A stretch of DNA of 64,000 nt, from positions 1,440,001 through 1,504,000 of the forward strand of contig OY775910.1 in assembly GCA_963675245.1 (NCBI GenBank), given 5' to 3'. Both the position numbers and the translations under genes were made by a program. Shown piece by piece: positions 1 to 10,618 of the stretch. The notes beneath the pieces are model-generated. The model saw only the letters and a list, made by a program, of their open reading frames with translations, made no database searches and was not told where the DNA came from. Numbering within the stretch: position 1 is the stretch's first letter; the number at the start of each line of letters is the position of its first letter. Origin of the DNA: Acholeplasmataceae bacterium (GTDB lineage Bacteria; Bacillota_I; Bacilli_A; Acholeplasmatales; Acholeplasmataceae).

Positions 1-1
1 A

Positions 2-40
2 ACAGATGAAGCAAGAATAATTGACATTATGGGCGAATAA
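2..40 (+). CDS. 3' end of an upstream gene (…TDEARIIDIMGE*), product unknown
   Basis: Open frame from the window edge to TAA at 38-40; the stop sits in a terminator-like hairpin. Confidence 0.5.
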   Translation, partial: TDEARIIDIMGE

Positions 41-51
41 TCGCCCATTTT
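29..51 (+). terminator. Probable intrinsic terminator
   Basis: ATGGGCGA-ataa-TCGCCCAT followed by a short T run. Confidence 0.55.
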
Positions 52-84
52 GTGATAAAATAACATTATAAAGGTGGTGGGGTA

Positions 85-939
85 ATGGCACAATTTAACG
101 TGCATTTCTTTAAAGAAAAAAGCCGTCATATTGATATTGAAGTTGTCATTGATTTTTTTGAAAATATCGAAGGTGTCACAACAGATATGGATGAGTCGAG
201 CGTTCGTTTTTTATACACACATCCACATTTACCATACCAAGCACTTTTTATCATCACACCTAAATCTCAAGTGCCTGATATATATCGTTTAAATCCACGT
301 TTTCTTGACGTGAATTTTCATATGGAAATGCCAATATTAACACCAAATTATATCGCAAAAGACGTATTTGAAGTGATTAAAAAAGTTTGTGATAAATTTG
401 ATTTTCACATTTATAATGAAATGTTTGAAGATGTATTGGCATTTAAAATGGAACTACTAGATAAAGTATTTCATATGTTGAAGGATGCTTATGTAGAAAA
501 GAATCCTGTACTTTTAAATGATTATTTTGTGATGCCGACTGATAAACTTACAGCAATCTATCGCTATTTAGATGATATTGTAGAATTACAGAAATATTAT
601 AAGGAACTTGATACTTATGTACCGAAATATCATTTTTTATCTGTAGAAAATCATCATATGACAATTGGCATTGAATGGAATGAACAAACCTTAACTGTTT
701 TTCCACCTTATATAGACTATGTTTTTTACAGGTTGAATGGAGAAATTATAGTCTTGGTTGCTGAAGAAGTATTATCAGTGTTAGATAAATTCTTAACGGA
801 TGTACCTGGATTTATAAGAGGTACAAAAGTACTCACCAAAAAATGGCTTCGTAAAGCTCATAAAGTGATGAAAAAGTATAAGTTTTCAAAAGTTGATCAC
901 ACGTTTACAAAACAAAATGTAAAGAAATTACTTGATTAG
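85..939 (+). CDS. Hypothetical protein (284 aa)
   Basis: Long ORF, RBS AAGGTGGTGG, extended -10 TGaTAAAAT at 53-61; no motif recognised. Confidence 0.8.
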   Translation: MAQFNVHFFKEKSRHIDIEVVIDFFENIEGVTTDMDESSVRFLYTHPHLPYQALFIITPKSQVPDIYRLNPRFLDVNFHMEMPILTPNYIAKDVFEVIKKVCDKFDFHIYNEMFEDVLAFKMELLDKVFHMLKDAYVEKNPVLLNDYFVMPTDKLTAIYRYLDDIVELQKYYKELDTYVPKYHFLSVENHHMTIGIEWNEQTLTVFPPYIDYVFYRLNGEIIVLVAEEVLSVLDKFLTDVPGFIRGTKVLTKKWLRKAHKVMKKYKFSKVDHTFTKQNVKKLLD

Positions 940-942
940 AAG

Positions 943-1587
943 ATGAAATATTTTAAACATATATTAGGATTTACACTGATTTCTTTTGGTATCGTTGGCA
1001 TTATTAGAGCGAGATTAGGAGCATCTCCAATAGATGCATTTAACGTTTTCTTACATACAATATTAGCTAACAATGGTATTAATGTTACTTTAGGTACTGT
1101 CGTCTTTGTGATGGGTGTGTTTGCAACCATATTGACCTATGTCTTAACCAAAGATAAAAAATTAATTTATAGTTTCTTATTTTTATTATGCTTAAGTGTT
1201 TTTGTCGATGGTTGGAATTATCTTTATGGATTAATACCCAGTGAGATATTAACACATATGGCATATCGTGTCACAAGTGCAATATTGGTCTTTTTTATCA
1301 TGTGTTATGGGGTTGCTTTAACGTTACTTAGTGGTTTGCCAACACTTCCCTATGAAAGATTACTGTTACACATTGATAAAAATATCCATAATATATCAAT
1401 ATCGAAAATATTTATTGATGGTACATTCTTTATTGGTGCCATCGTCTTAGGATTAATCTTAGGTATTGAACATTTATTTGAACAAGTATTCATTATGACA
1501 TTTGTGATTGCATTTTTCACTGGTGTCGTTGTAAAATTCTTTATCAAAAAAATTAAAAAAGGAGTTGTAAATCATGAAACTCAATAA
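943..1587 (+). CDS. YczE/YyaS/YitT-like membrane protein
   Basis: About 6 hydrophobic segments, LGASPIDAF motif and second-half LPTLPYE repeat typical of the family. Confidence 0.65.
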   Translation: MKYFKHILGFTLISFGIVGIIRARLGASPIDAFNVFLHTILANNGINVTLGTVVFVMGVFATILTYVLTKDKKLIYSFLFLLCLSVFVDGWNYLYGLIPSEILTHMAYRVTSAILVFFIMCYGVALTLLSGLPTLPYERLLLHIDKNIHNISISKIFIDGTFFIGAIVLGLILGIEHLFEQVFIMTFVIAFFTGVVVKFFIKKIKKGVVNHETQ

Positions 1588-2245
1588 AATGATAGATCAT
1601 ACAAAGCTTGGCGCAAATGTAACAAAAGAACAGATTGATCAATTGGTTGAAGAAGCCATTGCATATGATTTTAAAAGTGTGTGTGTCAATCCTATTTGGG
1701 TCAAATATGTGGTTCATAAGTTAAGACATTCAAATGTTTTAACATGTACTGTCATTGGTTTTCCTCATGGGACTCACCAACCTAATGTCAAAGTCTTTGA
1801 AGCGGAACAAGCCATATTAGATGGTGCTGAAGAATTGGACATGGTCATTAATGTACATGCTTTAAAATCAAAGGATTATCACACGATTAAAGAAGAAATA
1901 AAAAGTATCGTTGACATCGCAGAAGAGAGATATGTTAAGGTGATATTAGAAACATGCTATTTAACAGATGAAGAAATCGTTAAAGCATGTGAAATAGCCG
2001 TTAAAGCTGGTGCTAACTTTGTAAAAACATCAACAGGATTTGGTTCTGCAGGTGCTACAGTTGAACATGTTAAGTTGATGAAACAAACTGTAGGTGATCA
2101 TGCAGAAGTAAAAGCAAGTGGTGGTGTTCGTACATATGCAGATGCCGTAAAAATGGTTAATGCAGGAGCGACGCGCATCGGAACATCTAACGGTGTACAA
2201 ATCGTAACAGGAGGAGATACAAATGATTCCGACAGCTCATATTGA
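1574..2245 (+). CDS. deoC: Deoxyribose-phosphate aldolase
   Basis: IDHT, VIGFPHG, VKVILET, FVKTSTGF, VKASGGVR, RIGTS motifs. Confidence 0.97.
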   Translation: MKLNKMIDHTKLGANVTKEQIDQLVEEAIAYDFKSVCVNPIWVKYVVHKLRHSNVLTCTVIGFPHGTHQPNVKVFEAEQAILDGAEELDMVINVHALKSKDYHTIKEEIKSIVDIAEERYVKVILETCYLTDEEIVKACEIAVKAGANFVKTSTGFGSAGATVEHVKLMKQTVGDHAEVKASGGVRTYADAVKMVNAGATRIGTSNGVQIVTGGDTNDSDSSY

Positions 2246-2933
2246 ACTAAAAGACCCAACTTTAATTGCAAAAACAGTTTTAATGCCTGGTGATCCTTTA
2301 AGGGCAAAATATATTGCAGACACGTATCTTAAAAATGTCGTTCAAATTAATGGCGTGAGAAATATGTTAGGTTATACAGGTTATTTTGGACGTAAGAAAG
2401 TGACTGTGTTTGGTTCTGGCATGGGGATGCCTTCTATAGGTATTTATAGTTATGAATTATTTAATTTTTACGATGTAGATAAAATCATTCGCATTGGTTC
2501 TTGTGGTGCATACGATCCAGATCTTAAACTCTTTGATGTTTTACTCGTTGAACAAGCATATTCAGAATCAACATATGCAAAGACTTTGGGTTTAAAAGGT
2601 AGTCACACAATTAAAGCCAATCGTGCATTAAATAATCGTATTTTAAAAGCAAGTGAAGAAACAGGCATTAAAGTAAAACCTGTGACCATTCATTCATCTG
2701 ATGTCTTCTACAGACTCAATCCTAGTGTATGGAAAGATATCAGAGAAAAACATCATACAGCAGCCGTTGAAATGGAAAGCTTTGCACTATTCGCTAATGC
2801 AAAAGCATCAAAGAAGAAGGCAGCATGTATTTTAACCGTTTCTGATTCACTTGTAACACATGAAGCAACAACTGCTCAAGAAAGACAAGAAGCATTCACT
2901 AAAATGATGGAAGTGGCATTACATTCAATCTAA
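2223..2933 (+). CDS. deoD: Purine-nucleoside phosphorylase (DeoD type)
   Basis: VLMPGDPLRAK, GMGMPSIGIY, RIGSCG, VEMES motifs. Confidence 0.96.
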   Translation: MIPTAHIELKDPTLIAKTVLMPGDPLRAKYIADTYLKNVVQINGVRNMLGYTGYFGRKKVTVFGSGMGMPSIGIYSYELFNFYDVDKIIRIGSCGAYDPDLKLFDVLLVEQAYSESTYAKTLGLKGSHTIKANRALNNRILKASEETGIKVKPVTIHSSDVFYRLNPSVWKDIREKHHTAAVEMESFALFANAKASKKKAACILTVSDSLVTHEATTAQERQEAFTKMMEVALHSI

Positions 2934-4132
2934 TGGATATTATTAAAAATGATTTTAAGACGATTCAATTGGTTTGCTATAATAGCGCTATTGATACGAA
3001 AGAAACACGTGTATATCGCTATTTACTATCAAAGTTAATTGTCTCTCATACAAACAAATATAAAACAAAACTAGACATGTCAATCCGTCTAGAAGCGCTC
3101 TATGGGGCGCTTCTTTCTGCAAGAACAGAACTAAATGGAAATATCAACACATTAGGTATTTCTCTAACAATTGCTGATCCGAAAATAGTCGGTGATGACC
3201 ACCTTTTAGAAGAAACCATCACATTTTTTAAAGATATCATCTATGATCATGATTTCTTTGATGAAGCTATTTTTAATGATGAAAAACGTCTTCTAATTGA
3301 ACAATGGCAATCGTTAAAAGATAATAAAGCTGCTTATGCGAACCACCGTTTTTCAGAGTTATTTAGAAAACCAGACCTATCTGGCTTTCCATTGTCAGGT
3401 ACCTTATCACAAATTAGAAAAGCTACCCCGGAAGGACTTTTTCAATATTATAAAGATGTATATTTGAATGAGGATTTTCATCTAATAGCGAACGGCAATA
3501 TCAATCAATTTGATGAAACTCAAATTCTACATAAAAATCATGTTAAAAAGGATTTACCTTTTGAAACGTCGTTTAGAAAAACACACCCACTCATAGAAAT
3601 CGAAGAAGAAACAGATATGAATCAAGCGATGATAAAATTTGGTTATATTTTTCCAATCTATCGTTTTGATCAATCTTATGCGTCTGCATTGCTTGCTAAC
3701 GTGATTATTGGTGGTTATCCTGAATCAAGATTGTTTAAAGAAATTAGAGAAAAACAAGCATTGTGTTACGATATCAGTTCCAATTATGATGTCTATAAAG
3801 GGACGTTCGTTATTTCAAGTGGAGTTGCAATTGATATGCTTGATAAGGCCAAAAAATCAATTAATGACTTGATTAATGAAACAATTCAAAATGGTATTTC
3901 AGAAGACGAATTAGTCACCGCTAAAGGTTACGTGGTTCATCAATTAAAAGCTGGATTAGATCATCAATCCTATTTCACAAAACGTGCATATTATGCGTAT
4001 TTAACAACGGTCGATGAATCGATTGAATCACGTATAGAAGCTCTTTCTTTCACGACGGTTGATGATGTGAATAACGCGATCAAACAATTAAAACTTGATA
4101 CCATTTATGTCTTAAAAGGAGTCATGTCATGA
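2933..4132 (+). CDS. M16 peptidase-family non-catalytic subunit (YmfF-like)
   Basis: SRLFKEIREKQALCY motif, no HxxEH; paired with the catalytic M16 gene. Confidence 0.8.
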   Translation: MDIIKNDFKTIQLVCYNSAIDTKETRVYRYLLSKLIVSHTNKYKTKLDMSIRLEALYGALLSARTELNGNINTLGISLTIADPKIVGDDHLLEETITFFKDIIYDHDFFDEAIFNDEKRLLIEQWQSLKDNKAAYANHRFSELFRKPDLSGFPLSGTLSQIRKATPEGLFQYYKDVYLNEDFHLIANGNINQFDETQILHKNHVKKDLPFETSFRKTHPLIEIEEETDMNQAMIKFGYIFPIYRFDQSYASALLANVIIGGYPESRLFKEIREKQALCYDISSNYDVYKGTFVISSGVAIDMLDKAKKSINDLINETIQNGISEDELVTAKGYVVHQLKAGLDHQSYFTKRAYYAYLTTVDESIESRIEALSFTTVDDVNNAIKQLKLDTIYVLKGVMS

Positions 4133-5403
4133 AACATACATACTACAAAGAAGCCAATGAACATGTCTATACTTTTAAGTTAAAAAACGGTATGCGAGTC
4201 CATTTATTGCCTAAAGATGAACCCTCTTATTTAACATATGCAGAAGTATCGATTCCGTTTGGTAATTTCGCATTAAAATTTCAAACAGATCAAGGACTCT
4301 ATGAGCTACCTGCTGGTACTGCTCATTTCTTGGAACATAAAATATTCGCAATGCCAGATGGCAATGACGGTTTTCAAATGTTCACACAACTTGGTACGGA
4401 TGCGAACGCCATGACTGGATATTCTCAAACATCTTATTTATTTTCAGCAACTGATAATGTTGATAAAGCATTAATACACATGCTTAATATGCTTGATACA
4501 ACGCACTTTACGGAAGAAAATGTCAATTCTGAAAGATTGATTATTGGCGAAGAAATAAAAATGTATTTAGATGATCCTCAAACAGAAATGATGAACCACT
4601 TGACGAATAATATGTATGAAAATCATCCGATAAAAGAAGATATTGGTGGCACATTAGAATCAATCAAAGAAATTACACCTCAAACGCTATCAGATGCGCA
4701 TCGCTATTTTTATCAACCATCTAATCGTTTGTTGGTCATGTCAGGTAAAATTGATGTCAAACATATCTATAAGGTTCTAAAAGCTTATGATCATGACGTT
4801 GTCAAAGAAAAAGTAAAAACAATCTATTCAAAAGAACCTAATCGTATTCTTATTAAACATGAAGTCATTGAAAAACCAATTCATATACCAAAAATTATGA
4901 TTGGTGTTAAACTAGTCCCTAAAAAAAGAAATCCAATTAATAGTATTAAAATTGAATTGGCATTCAGTTATTTAATGGGAATGCTATTTGGCAATTCTTC
5001 AAAATTAACGGAAACACTCATGAGAGAAGGATTAATTAACCAAAACTATTATTACGCACCTATTTTCGAAGAACACGCAGAAAGTCTACTTTTATATGCT
5101 GAAACAAAAAAACCCTTCTTATTAAAGCGCATCATCATTGATGCACTTGTTAATGGTAGTGATGACATCAATGAAGAAAACTTTGAAAGATTTAAAAAAG
5201 TGTCATTAGGTCAACATGTATTCGCACTAAATTCAATTGAATTTAAGGCACATCTTTATGGCAAGTATATTCATCAAAAAGCGAATTTGTTTGAGGCTAT
5301 TGACACCATGAGAGAGCTAACATTTGAAGATATCTTGGAAGCTAAAGCGCACATAAAGAAAAATAGAATTTCAACACTTATCTACAAAAAGGCTAAATCT
5401 TAG
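4129..5403 (+). CDS. M16 family zinc peptidase (YmfH-like)
   Basis: GTAHFLEHKIF inverted zinc motif, NAMT…Y, IGEEI. Confidence 0.88.
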   Translation: MKHTYYKEANEHVYTFKLKNGMRVHLLPKDEPSYLTYAEVSIPFGNFALKFQTDQGLYELPAGTAHFLEHKIFAMPDGNDGFQMFTQLGTDANAMTGYSQTSYLFSATDNVDKALIHMLNMLDTTHFTEENVNSERLIIGEEIKMYLDDPQTEMMNHLTNNMYENHPIKEDIGGTLESIKEITPQTLSDAHRYFYQPSNRLLVMSGKIDVKHIYKVLKAYDHDVVKEKVKTIYSKEPNRILIKHEVIEKPIHIPKIMIGVKLVPKKRNPINSIKIELAFSYLMGMLFGNSSKLTETLMREGLINQNYYYAPIFEEHAESLLLYAETKKPFLLKRIIIDALVNGSDDINEENFERFKKVSLGQHVFALNSIEFKAHLYGKYIHQKANLFEAIDTMRELTFEDILEAKAHIKKNRISTLIYKKAKS

Positions 5404-5413
5404 CCTTTTTTTT
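5386..5413 (+). terminator. Intrinsic terminator
   Basis: AAAAAGGCTAA-atc-TTAGCCTTTTT plus T tract. Confidence 0.85.
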
Positions 5414-5558
5414 ATAATGTCAGGTCAATCTTTTTTTAATGGAATCATACACTTAATTTTTTCATATCAAAAGGAAGCTTTAGTTATTGATGAGTACGAA
5501 ATTGACCATTAGATAATAGCGATCTTGCTCTGTATACTAACAGAAAAAAGGAGTTATT

Positions 5559-5894
5559 ATGTTAAATCAATTGATTATTATTGGTAGGCTAACAAGAGAT
5601 CCCGAAGTTAAGGTTTTAGATGATGGTAGAAAGGTAAGTGATATGACAATTGCAGTACAGAGAGCATTTAAGAATATGGATGGCAATTACGATACTGATT
5701 TCATTAGAGTCACTGTCTGGGAAGGCTTAGCAAGCGCGATTGAATCTTATTGCACAAAAGGAACGTTGATTGCTGTCAAAGCACGATTACAAACTTATAA
5801 ATATGAGCTTTCAGATGATAAAACGTTGAATATGCTTGAAGTGATTGCTGAACGGATTACATTCTTGTCTTCACCAAATCGAACAAATGAATAA
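5559..5894 (+). CDS. ssb: Single-stranded DNA-binding protein, short tail-less form
   Basis: MLNQLIIIGRLTRDPE OB-fold start, TDFI.V.VW, KG..I.V..RLQ; RBS AAGGAG. Confidence 0.92.
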   Translation: MLNQLIIIGRLTRDPEVKVLDDGRKVSDMTIAVQRAFKNMDGNYDTDFIRVTVWEGLASAIESYCTKGTLIAVKARLQTYKYELSDDKTLNMLEVIAERITFLSSPNRTNE

Positions 5895-5897
5895 CGG

Positions 5898-5934
5898 AAT
5901 GAAAAAAAGTCTAGAGAAATAGACTTTTTTCATT
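5898..5934 (+). terminator. Intrinsic terminator
   Basis: AATGAAAAAAAGTCTA-gagaaa-TAGACTTTTTTCATT. Confidence 0.8.
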
Positions 5935-5982
5935 TTCTATTGAGGCTATGGTTTGCTATAATGGGATATAGGAGATGATAAT

Positions 5983-7359
5983 ATGCCTTTCAATTTTAAA
6001 AAAGAAGTAGAACTTAGAAGAGAAGAAATCATTAGAGATCTAAAAGGGTTAATTCAAATTAATTCTGAATTAACGACATTTGATCCTAAAAGAGTGAATG
6101 CACCATTTGGTGAAGGTATTCAAGAAGCACTTATGTATATGTTAACTTTAGGCGAAAGAGATGGGTTTATTACTGAAAATGTCGATAATTATGCTGGTCA
6201 TATATTATTTGGTGAAAGCGACGATTATATCGGTTCAATTGGTCACTTAGATGTCGTTCCTGCTGGGACAGGCTGGCTTTATCCTGCCTATAGTGGGAAA
6301 GTGGTTGATGGCAAGATGTATGGTCGTGGTACTGAGGATGATAAAGGACCTACAATTGCATTTTATTATGCCATGAAAATATTAAAAGATTTAAATGTTC
6401 CACTATCTAAACAAATCAAGCTCGTTTTAGGTACAGATGAAGAAACCGCTTGGCGTGGTGTCGATTATTATTTTAAAAAATATCCTAAAATGCCAGTTGC
6501 AGGATTTATTCCAGATGCTGATTTTCCTCTTATCTATGCTGAAAAAGGGATTACAAGAATATATTTAGATGGTATCGATAAACCAACCATCATTAAAGAA
6601 TTACATGGCGGTTTAGCTGATAATATGGTACCAGAGTCTGCTTATGTCATTATCAGTGATACATCATTCGCACACGCATTTGAATCTTTTTTAAATCGTC
6701 ATCAATATCAAGGATCAGTTGAAACAGTTAAAGAAGGTATTAAATTAACTGTACATGGAAAGTCAGCACATGGTTCACTACCTCATCTAGGTGAAAATGC
6801 GATTGATCGTCTATTCGAATTTCTTATCTTATTAAAACTAGACTCTCATTTAGTTAAAATGTATGAAGCCTTATTGCTTAATGACTGGCCAGGTAAAAAA
6901 TTAGGTGTGGATTATGTGGATGAAGAAATGGGACCACTGACCAATAATGTTGGTAAAATTGATTTTGATGGTAAAACGTATCAAATCTCACTAAATTTAA
7001 GATACCCACATGGCGTTGTTTTAGATGACGTTCTCCAAAAAGGAAATGATTTATTAGCACCATATCAAGCCGTATTGAATTTAGATAAACATCATGAAGT
7101 GTTATATTTTGATCCACAATCTGAATTAGTCCAAACATTGATGTCTGTTTACAAAAAGCATACAGGAGAAGTGGAAGCGAAGCCAATTAATATTGGTGGT
7201 GGCACCTTTGCAAGAGTGATGAAAAATACGGTTGCTTTCGGACCACATTTTCTTGATAAACCAACATACATTCATCAAAAAAATGAATTTGTTGACCTAG
7301 AAGATTTCTTTAAAGCGGTAGTCATTTATACAGAAGCACTATACGAATTAGCTAAATAA
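5983..7359 (+). CDS. pepV: M20 dipeptidase PepV
   Basis: GHLDVVPAG, GRGTEDDKGP, GTDEET, PDADFP, GGGTFAR, HQKNE. Confidence 0.9.
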   Translation: MPFNFKKEVELRREEIIRDLKGLIQINSELTTFDPKRVNAPFGEGIQEALMYMLTLGERDGFITENVDNYAGHILFGESDDYIGSIGHLDVVPAGTGWLYPAYSGKVVDGKMYGRGTEDDKGPTIAFYYAMKILKDLNVPLSKQIKLVLGTDEETAWRGVDYYFKKYPKMPVAGFIPDADFPLIYAEKGITRIYLDGIDKPTIIKELHGGLADNMVPESAYVIISDTSFAHAFESFLNRHQYQGSVETVKEGIKLTVHGKSAHGSLPHLGENAIDRLFEFLILLKLDSHLVKMYEALLLNDWPGKKLGVDYVDEEMGPLTNNVGKIDFDGKTYQISLNLRYPHGVVLDDVLQKGNDLLAPYQAVLNLDKHHEVLYFDPQSELVQTLMSVYKKHTGEVEAKPINIGGGTFARVMKNTVAFGPHFLDKPTYIHQKNEFVDLEDFFKAVVIYTEALYELAK

Positions 7360-7368
7360 GGAGAAGGC

Positions 7369-8235
7369 ATGAAGACCTATTTAGATTTATGTAAACATGT
7401 CATGGAACATGGTTCAAATAAAATGGATCGTACAAAAACAGGTACCAAAAGTGTATTTGGGTATCAAATGCGATTCGATTTAAATGACGGATTTCCATTG
7501 TTAACAACTAAAAAAGTCCACTTAAAGTCAATTATCCATGAGTTATTGTGGTTTATTAAAGGTGATACAAATATCAAATACCTTGTCGACCATGGTGTTC
7601 GTATTTGGAATGACTGGCCATATCAAACCTTTAAAGAAAGTAAGGATTTCCAAGGTGAAAGTATGGTAGATTTTGTTGAACGCATTAAATCAGATGATGC
7701 GTTCGCTCATCAATATGGTGATTTAGGTCCTGTTTATGGTGCCCAATGGCGTAATTTTAATGGTGTTGATCAACTTCAATATATACTTGATACATTAAAG
7801 ACAAATCCAAATTCAAGACGTATGATTTTATCCGCGTGGAATCCTGCAGAAATTAATCATATGGCATTACCACCCTGTCATACGTTAATTCAGTTTTATG
7901 TCGCTGATGGTAAATTATCACTACAACTATATCAACGTAGTGCGGATATATTTTTAGGCGTACCTTTTAATATTGCTAGCTATGCATTATTACTGATGAT
8001 GGTTGCACAAGTAACGGGATTTGAAGTGGGTGAATTTGTCCACACTTTAGGCGATGCTCATATTTATAGTAATCACTTCGAACAAATTGAATTACAACTA
8101 TCAAGAACACCTAGAAAATTACCTATAATGACATTAAATCCCAATGTTAAATCCTTATACGACTTTACATATGACGATATAGTCTTATCTGATTATAATC
8201 CCTATCCTGGTATTAAAGGGAAGGTGGCCGTATGA
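7369..8235 (+). CDS. thyA: Thymidylate synthase
   Basis: [42 protein letters not shown]. Confidence 0.98.
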   Translation: MKTYLDLCKHVMEHGSNKMDRTKTGTKSVFGYQMRFDLNDGFPLLTTKKVHLKSIIHELLWFIKGDTNIKYLVDHGVRIWNDWPYQTFKESKDFQGESMVDFVERIKSDDAFAHQYGDLGPVYGAQWRNFNGVDQLQYILDTLKTNPNSRRMILSAWNPAEINHMALPPCHTLIQFYVADGKLSLQLYQRSADIFLGVPFNIASYALLLMMVAQVTGFEVGEFVHTLGDAHIYSNHFEQIELQLSRTPRKLPIMTLNPNVKSLYDFTYDDIVLSDYNPYPGIKGKVAV

Positions 8236-8708
8236 TAAAATTAATATGGGCAATGGATGAAAACTGGTTGATCGGTAAAGATAATCAATTACCATGGCAT
8301 TATCCTTCTGATTTAAAGTATTTTAAACAACAAACAAAAGATGCCCATGTCGTGATGGGTGACATGACCTATGAATCACTTAAAGGGTATTATAAGACAA
8401 AACCTTTACCTTTTAAGAAGATATCAGTGGCAAATCTTGTGAAAAAACACTATAATGATGCTACATGGATTTCAGATATCCATCAATTTTTTAAGACATT
8501 AGAAGAAGATGTCTTCGTGATTGGTGGGAAAACCATTTATCAATTATCACTACCTTATGCTGATCAACTATATATTACGTATGTTTTAAATCATCATGAT
8601 GGTAATGTTTATTTTCCTAAATTTAATTTAAATTTGTTCAAGCTCATCGACAAAAGACTTGAACCTGGCTTAATTTTCGCAGTTTATGAAAGAAGGAAAT
8701 CAAAATGA
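8232..8708 (+). CDS. folA: Dihydrofolate reductase
   Basis: IGKDNQLPW…DL..FK, VIGG..IY; follows thyA. Confidence 0.93.
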   Translation: MIKLIWAMDENWLIGKDNQLPWHYPSDLKYFKQQTKDAHVVMGDMTYESLKGYYKTKPLPFKKISVANLVKKHYNDATWISDIHQFFKTLEEDVFVIGGKTIYQLSLPYADQLYITYVLNHHDGNVYFPKFNLNLFKLIDKRLEPGLIFAVYERRKSK

Positions 8709-9499
8709 TTTCAGCATTATTTATAATTTTTTGGATTGCTTATGTTGTGTTTATGACATTGACTATTCCAATATACTATCTCATTCCAGTCTGGCTAATC
8801 TCGGGGTTTTTGGTTTCTTTAATCGGTATTGTATTGTTTGTTGCAATCAATGTCTATACGTGGTTTCCACTGACAAAAGTAAATAATCGATTGAAATATA
8901 AAATGACAAGAAGCATTGCCATATTTCTTGATATATTTGTCTTACGAATTAAATTGGAAATAACAGGTAGAGAAAACATCCCTGAAACTGGACGCTTAAC
9001 GACATATTCAAATCATAAATCCTATGCAGATCCAATTATCATTGAACATGTTATTAAAAGACCAACTACATATACACCAAAAACTGGTGTTTATCGATTA
9101 CCAATTATTAAAACATGGTTAAAATCAATTGGCGCTTTTCCAATTGATAGAAGTAACACAAGGAATACTGCTAGGGCGATGATTGACGCGATTAAAGTAG
9201 TTAAAAGTGGCATGAATATGGCGATTTTCCCAGAAGGTGGCATCAAAGACCGACATGATAACAGAATGGTAGAAATGCGTGCTGGTGCTTATAAAGTAGC
9301 GATGAAGGCACAAGCGGATTTACTTCCAATTACGTTGATTAACACGCCGGAAATAAAAAATCGTGCACCGTGGCGCAGAACAGTTGTGAACGCTATCGTT
9401 CACCCAGTCATACCTTATGAACAAATCAAAGATATGTCAACGAATGAGATTGCAGAATATCTATTTAATATTATTAATGAACCATTTACAAACATGTGA
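8705..9499 (+). CDS. plsC: 1-acyl-sn-glycerol-3-phosphate acyltransferase
   Basis: NHKSYAD (HX4D), PIDR, IFPEG; N-terminal TM segments. Confidence 0.9.
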   Translation: MISALFIIFWIAYVVFMTLTIPIYYLIPVWLISGFLVSLIGIVLFVAINVYTWFPLTKVNNRLKYKMTRSIAIFLDIFVLRIKLEITGRENIPETGRLTTYSNHKSYADPIIIEHVIKRPTTYTPKTGVYRLPIIKTWLKSIGAFPIDRSNTRNTARAMIDAIKVVKSGMNMAIFPEGGIKDRHDNRMVEMRAGAYKVAMKAQADLLPITLINTPEIKNRAPWRRTVVNAIVHPVIPYEQIKDMSTNEIAEYLFNIINEPFTNM

Positions 9500-9519
9500 G
9501 GCGATTGCCTCACTTTTTT
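9496..9519 (+). terminator. Intrinsic terminator of plsC
   Basis: GTGAGGC-gatt-GCCTCAC-TTTTTT. Confidence 0.88.
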
Positions 9520-9524
9520 ATTGT

Positions 9525-10616
9525 AGATAATTTGTCAATTCAAGTGCAACGCGTTATAAGATTCATTGATTACTTCTAATGGTGTTTTGAAGTTTATGCA
9601 TTTTCTAGGTCTGTTGTTTAGGCGTGTTAGTACATTTGTTACTTCATCATCATTTGTTTTCGACAGATCCATTCCTTTTGGATAATATTCTCTTAATAAT
9701 CCATTGGAATTCTCATTAGTCCCTTTTTGCCACGCACAATATGGATCAGCGAAATACATATCACAGCTTAATCGTGTTTCTATTTCTTTATATTTGGCAA
9801 ATTCTTTACCACGATCACAGGTTATTGTCTTTACTAATTCTTGCGGGAATTGTGATAATAATTCTATGATAGCTGCTGTCACATTTTCACTCGTTCTATC
9901 TGGCAATAGTTTAACTAAGTATAACCTTGATTTGCGTTCTGCTAAAGTCACGAAACAATATTTGCTTTTTCGCTGAAAATTAACTCTTCCCGATTCAACT
10001 GTATCTGCTTCCCAATGACCTATTGTTTCTCTCTTGTAAACTTCTTTAGGTCGTTTTTTTATTGTTTTACCAATATTGAATCGTCCCCTTGTTTCTGCGG
10101 GTCTCTTGAACTTTCCTTTACGTCTTAATTGCGTCATATCGCCTTTAATTAGGTGTTTTTTGTGAATCCATCGATATATTGTCGCGTAACATGGACAGTA
10201 TTCAGGTCGATCTTTTTCACGTTTAGCAATTTGTTCTGGTGACCATTGTTGAGCTAGCTTTTCTTCTATGTATATTTTTAATTCAGGATTGATTCGTATG
10301 GGTCTATGACATTTCTTTCGCCGCTTTTGATATCTCTTTTGTGCAATGTGTGGTAAGTATTTATATCGATAGCCGCAGTCATTCCTTTTTAACTCTCTTG
10401 AGATTGTGCTAACACTTCGTTTGATTGCTTTGCTTATCTGTCTCATGCTAACGCCAGACAGCCATAACTGATATATACAAGTTCTTTCTTCTATGGTAAG
10501 ATGAGTGTAGTTCATAGGTTCTCCTTTTATGTTTGTTTGGTCACTTACATTATAAAGGAATCTATGAACCTTTTTATTTTCTTTTACAGTGTTGCACTTG
10601 TTATTCTAATTTATCT
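9525..10616 (-). mobile_element. IS30-family insertion sequence, 1092 bp, apparently intact
   Basis: 26-bp imperfect terminal IRs (9525-9550 AGATAATTTGTCAATTCAAGTGCAAC and the reverse complement of 10591-10616, 19/26 identical); 2-bp GT direct repeat at 9523-9524 and 10617-10618; single transposase. Confidence 0.93.
9535..10515 (-). CDS. IS30-family transposase
   Basis: N-terminal HTH (STISRELKRN), WSPEQI, DDE triad in GHWEADT, TCDRGKEF, QKGTNENSNGLLR, LNNRPRK; stop codon lies inside the IR. Confidence 0.96.
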   Translation of the reverse strand: MNYTHLTIEERTCIYQLWLSGVSMRQISKAIKRSVSTISRELKRNDCGYRYKYLPHIAQKRYQKRRKKCHRPIRINPELKIYIEEKLAQQWSPEQIAKREKDRPEYCPCYATIYRWIHKKHLIKGDMTQLRRKGKFKRPAETRGRFNIGKTIKKRPKEVYKRETIGHWEADTVESGRVNFQRKSKYCFVTLAERKSRLYLVKLLPDRTSENVTAAIIELLSQFPQELVKTITCDRGKEFAKYKEIETRLSCDMYFADPYCAWQKGTNENSNGLLREYYPKGMDLSKTNDDEVTNVLTRLNNRPRKCINFKTPLEVINESYNALHLN

Positions 10617-10618
10617 GT

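Noticed and set aside
5494..5502. TACGAAAT resembling the streptococcal ComX box TACGAATA upstream of ssb
   Set aside because: Imperfect match and no evidence of a ComX-type sigma factor in the window
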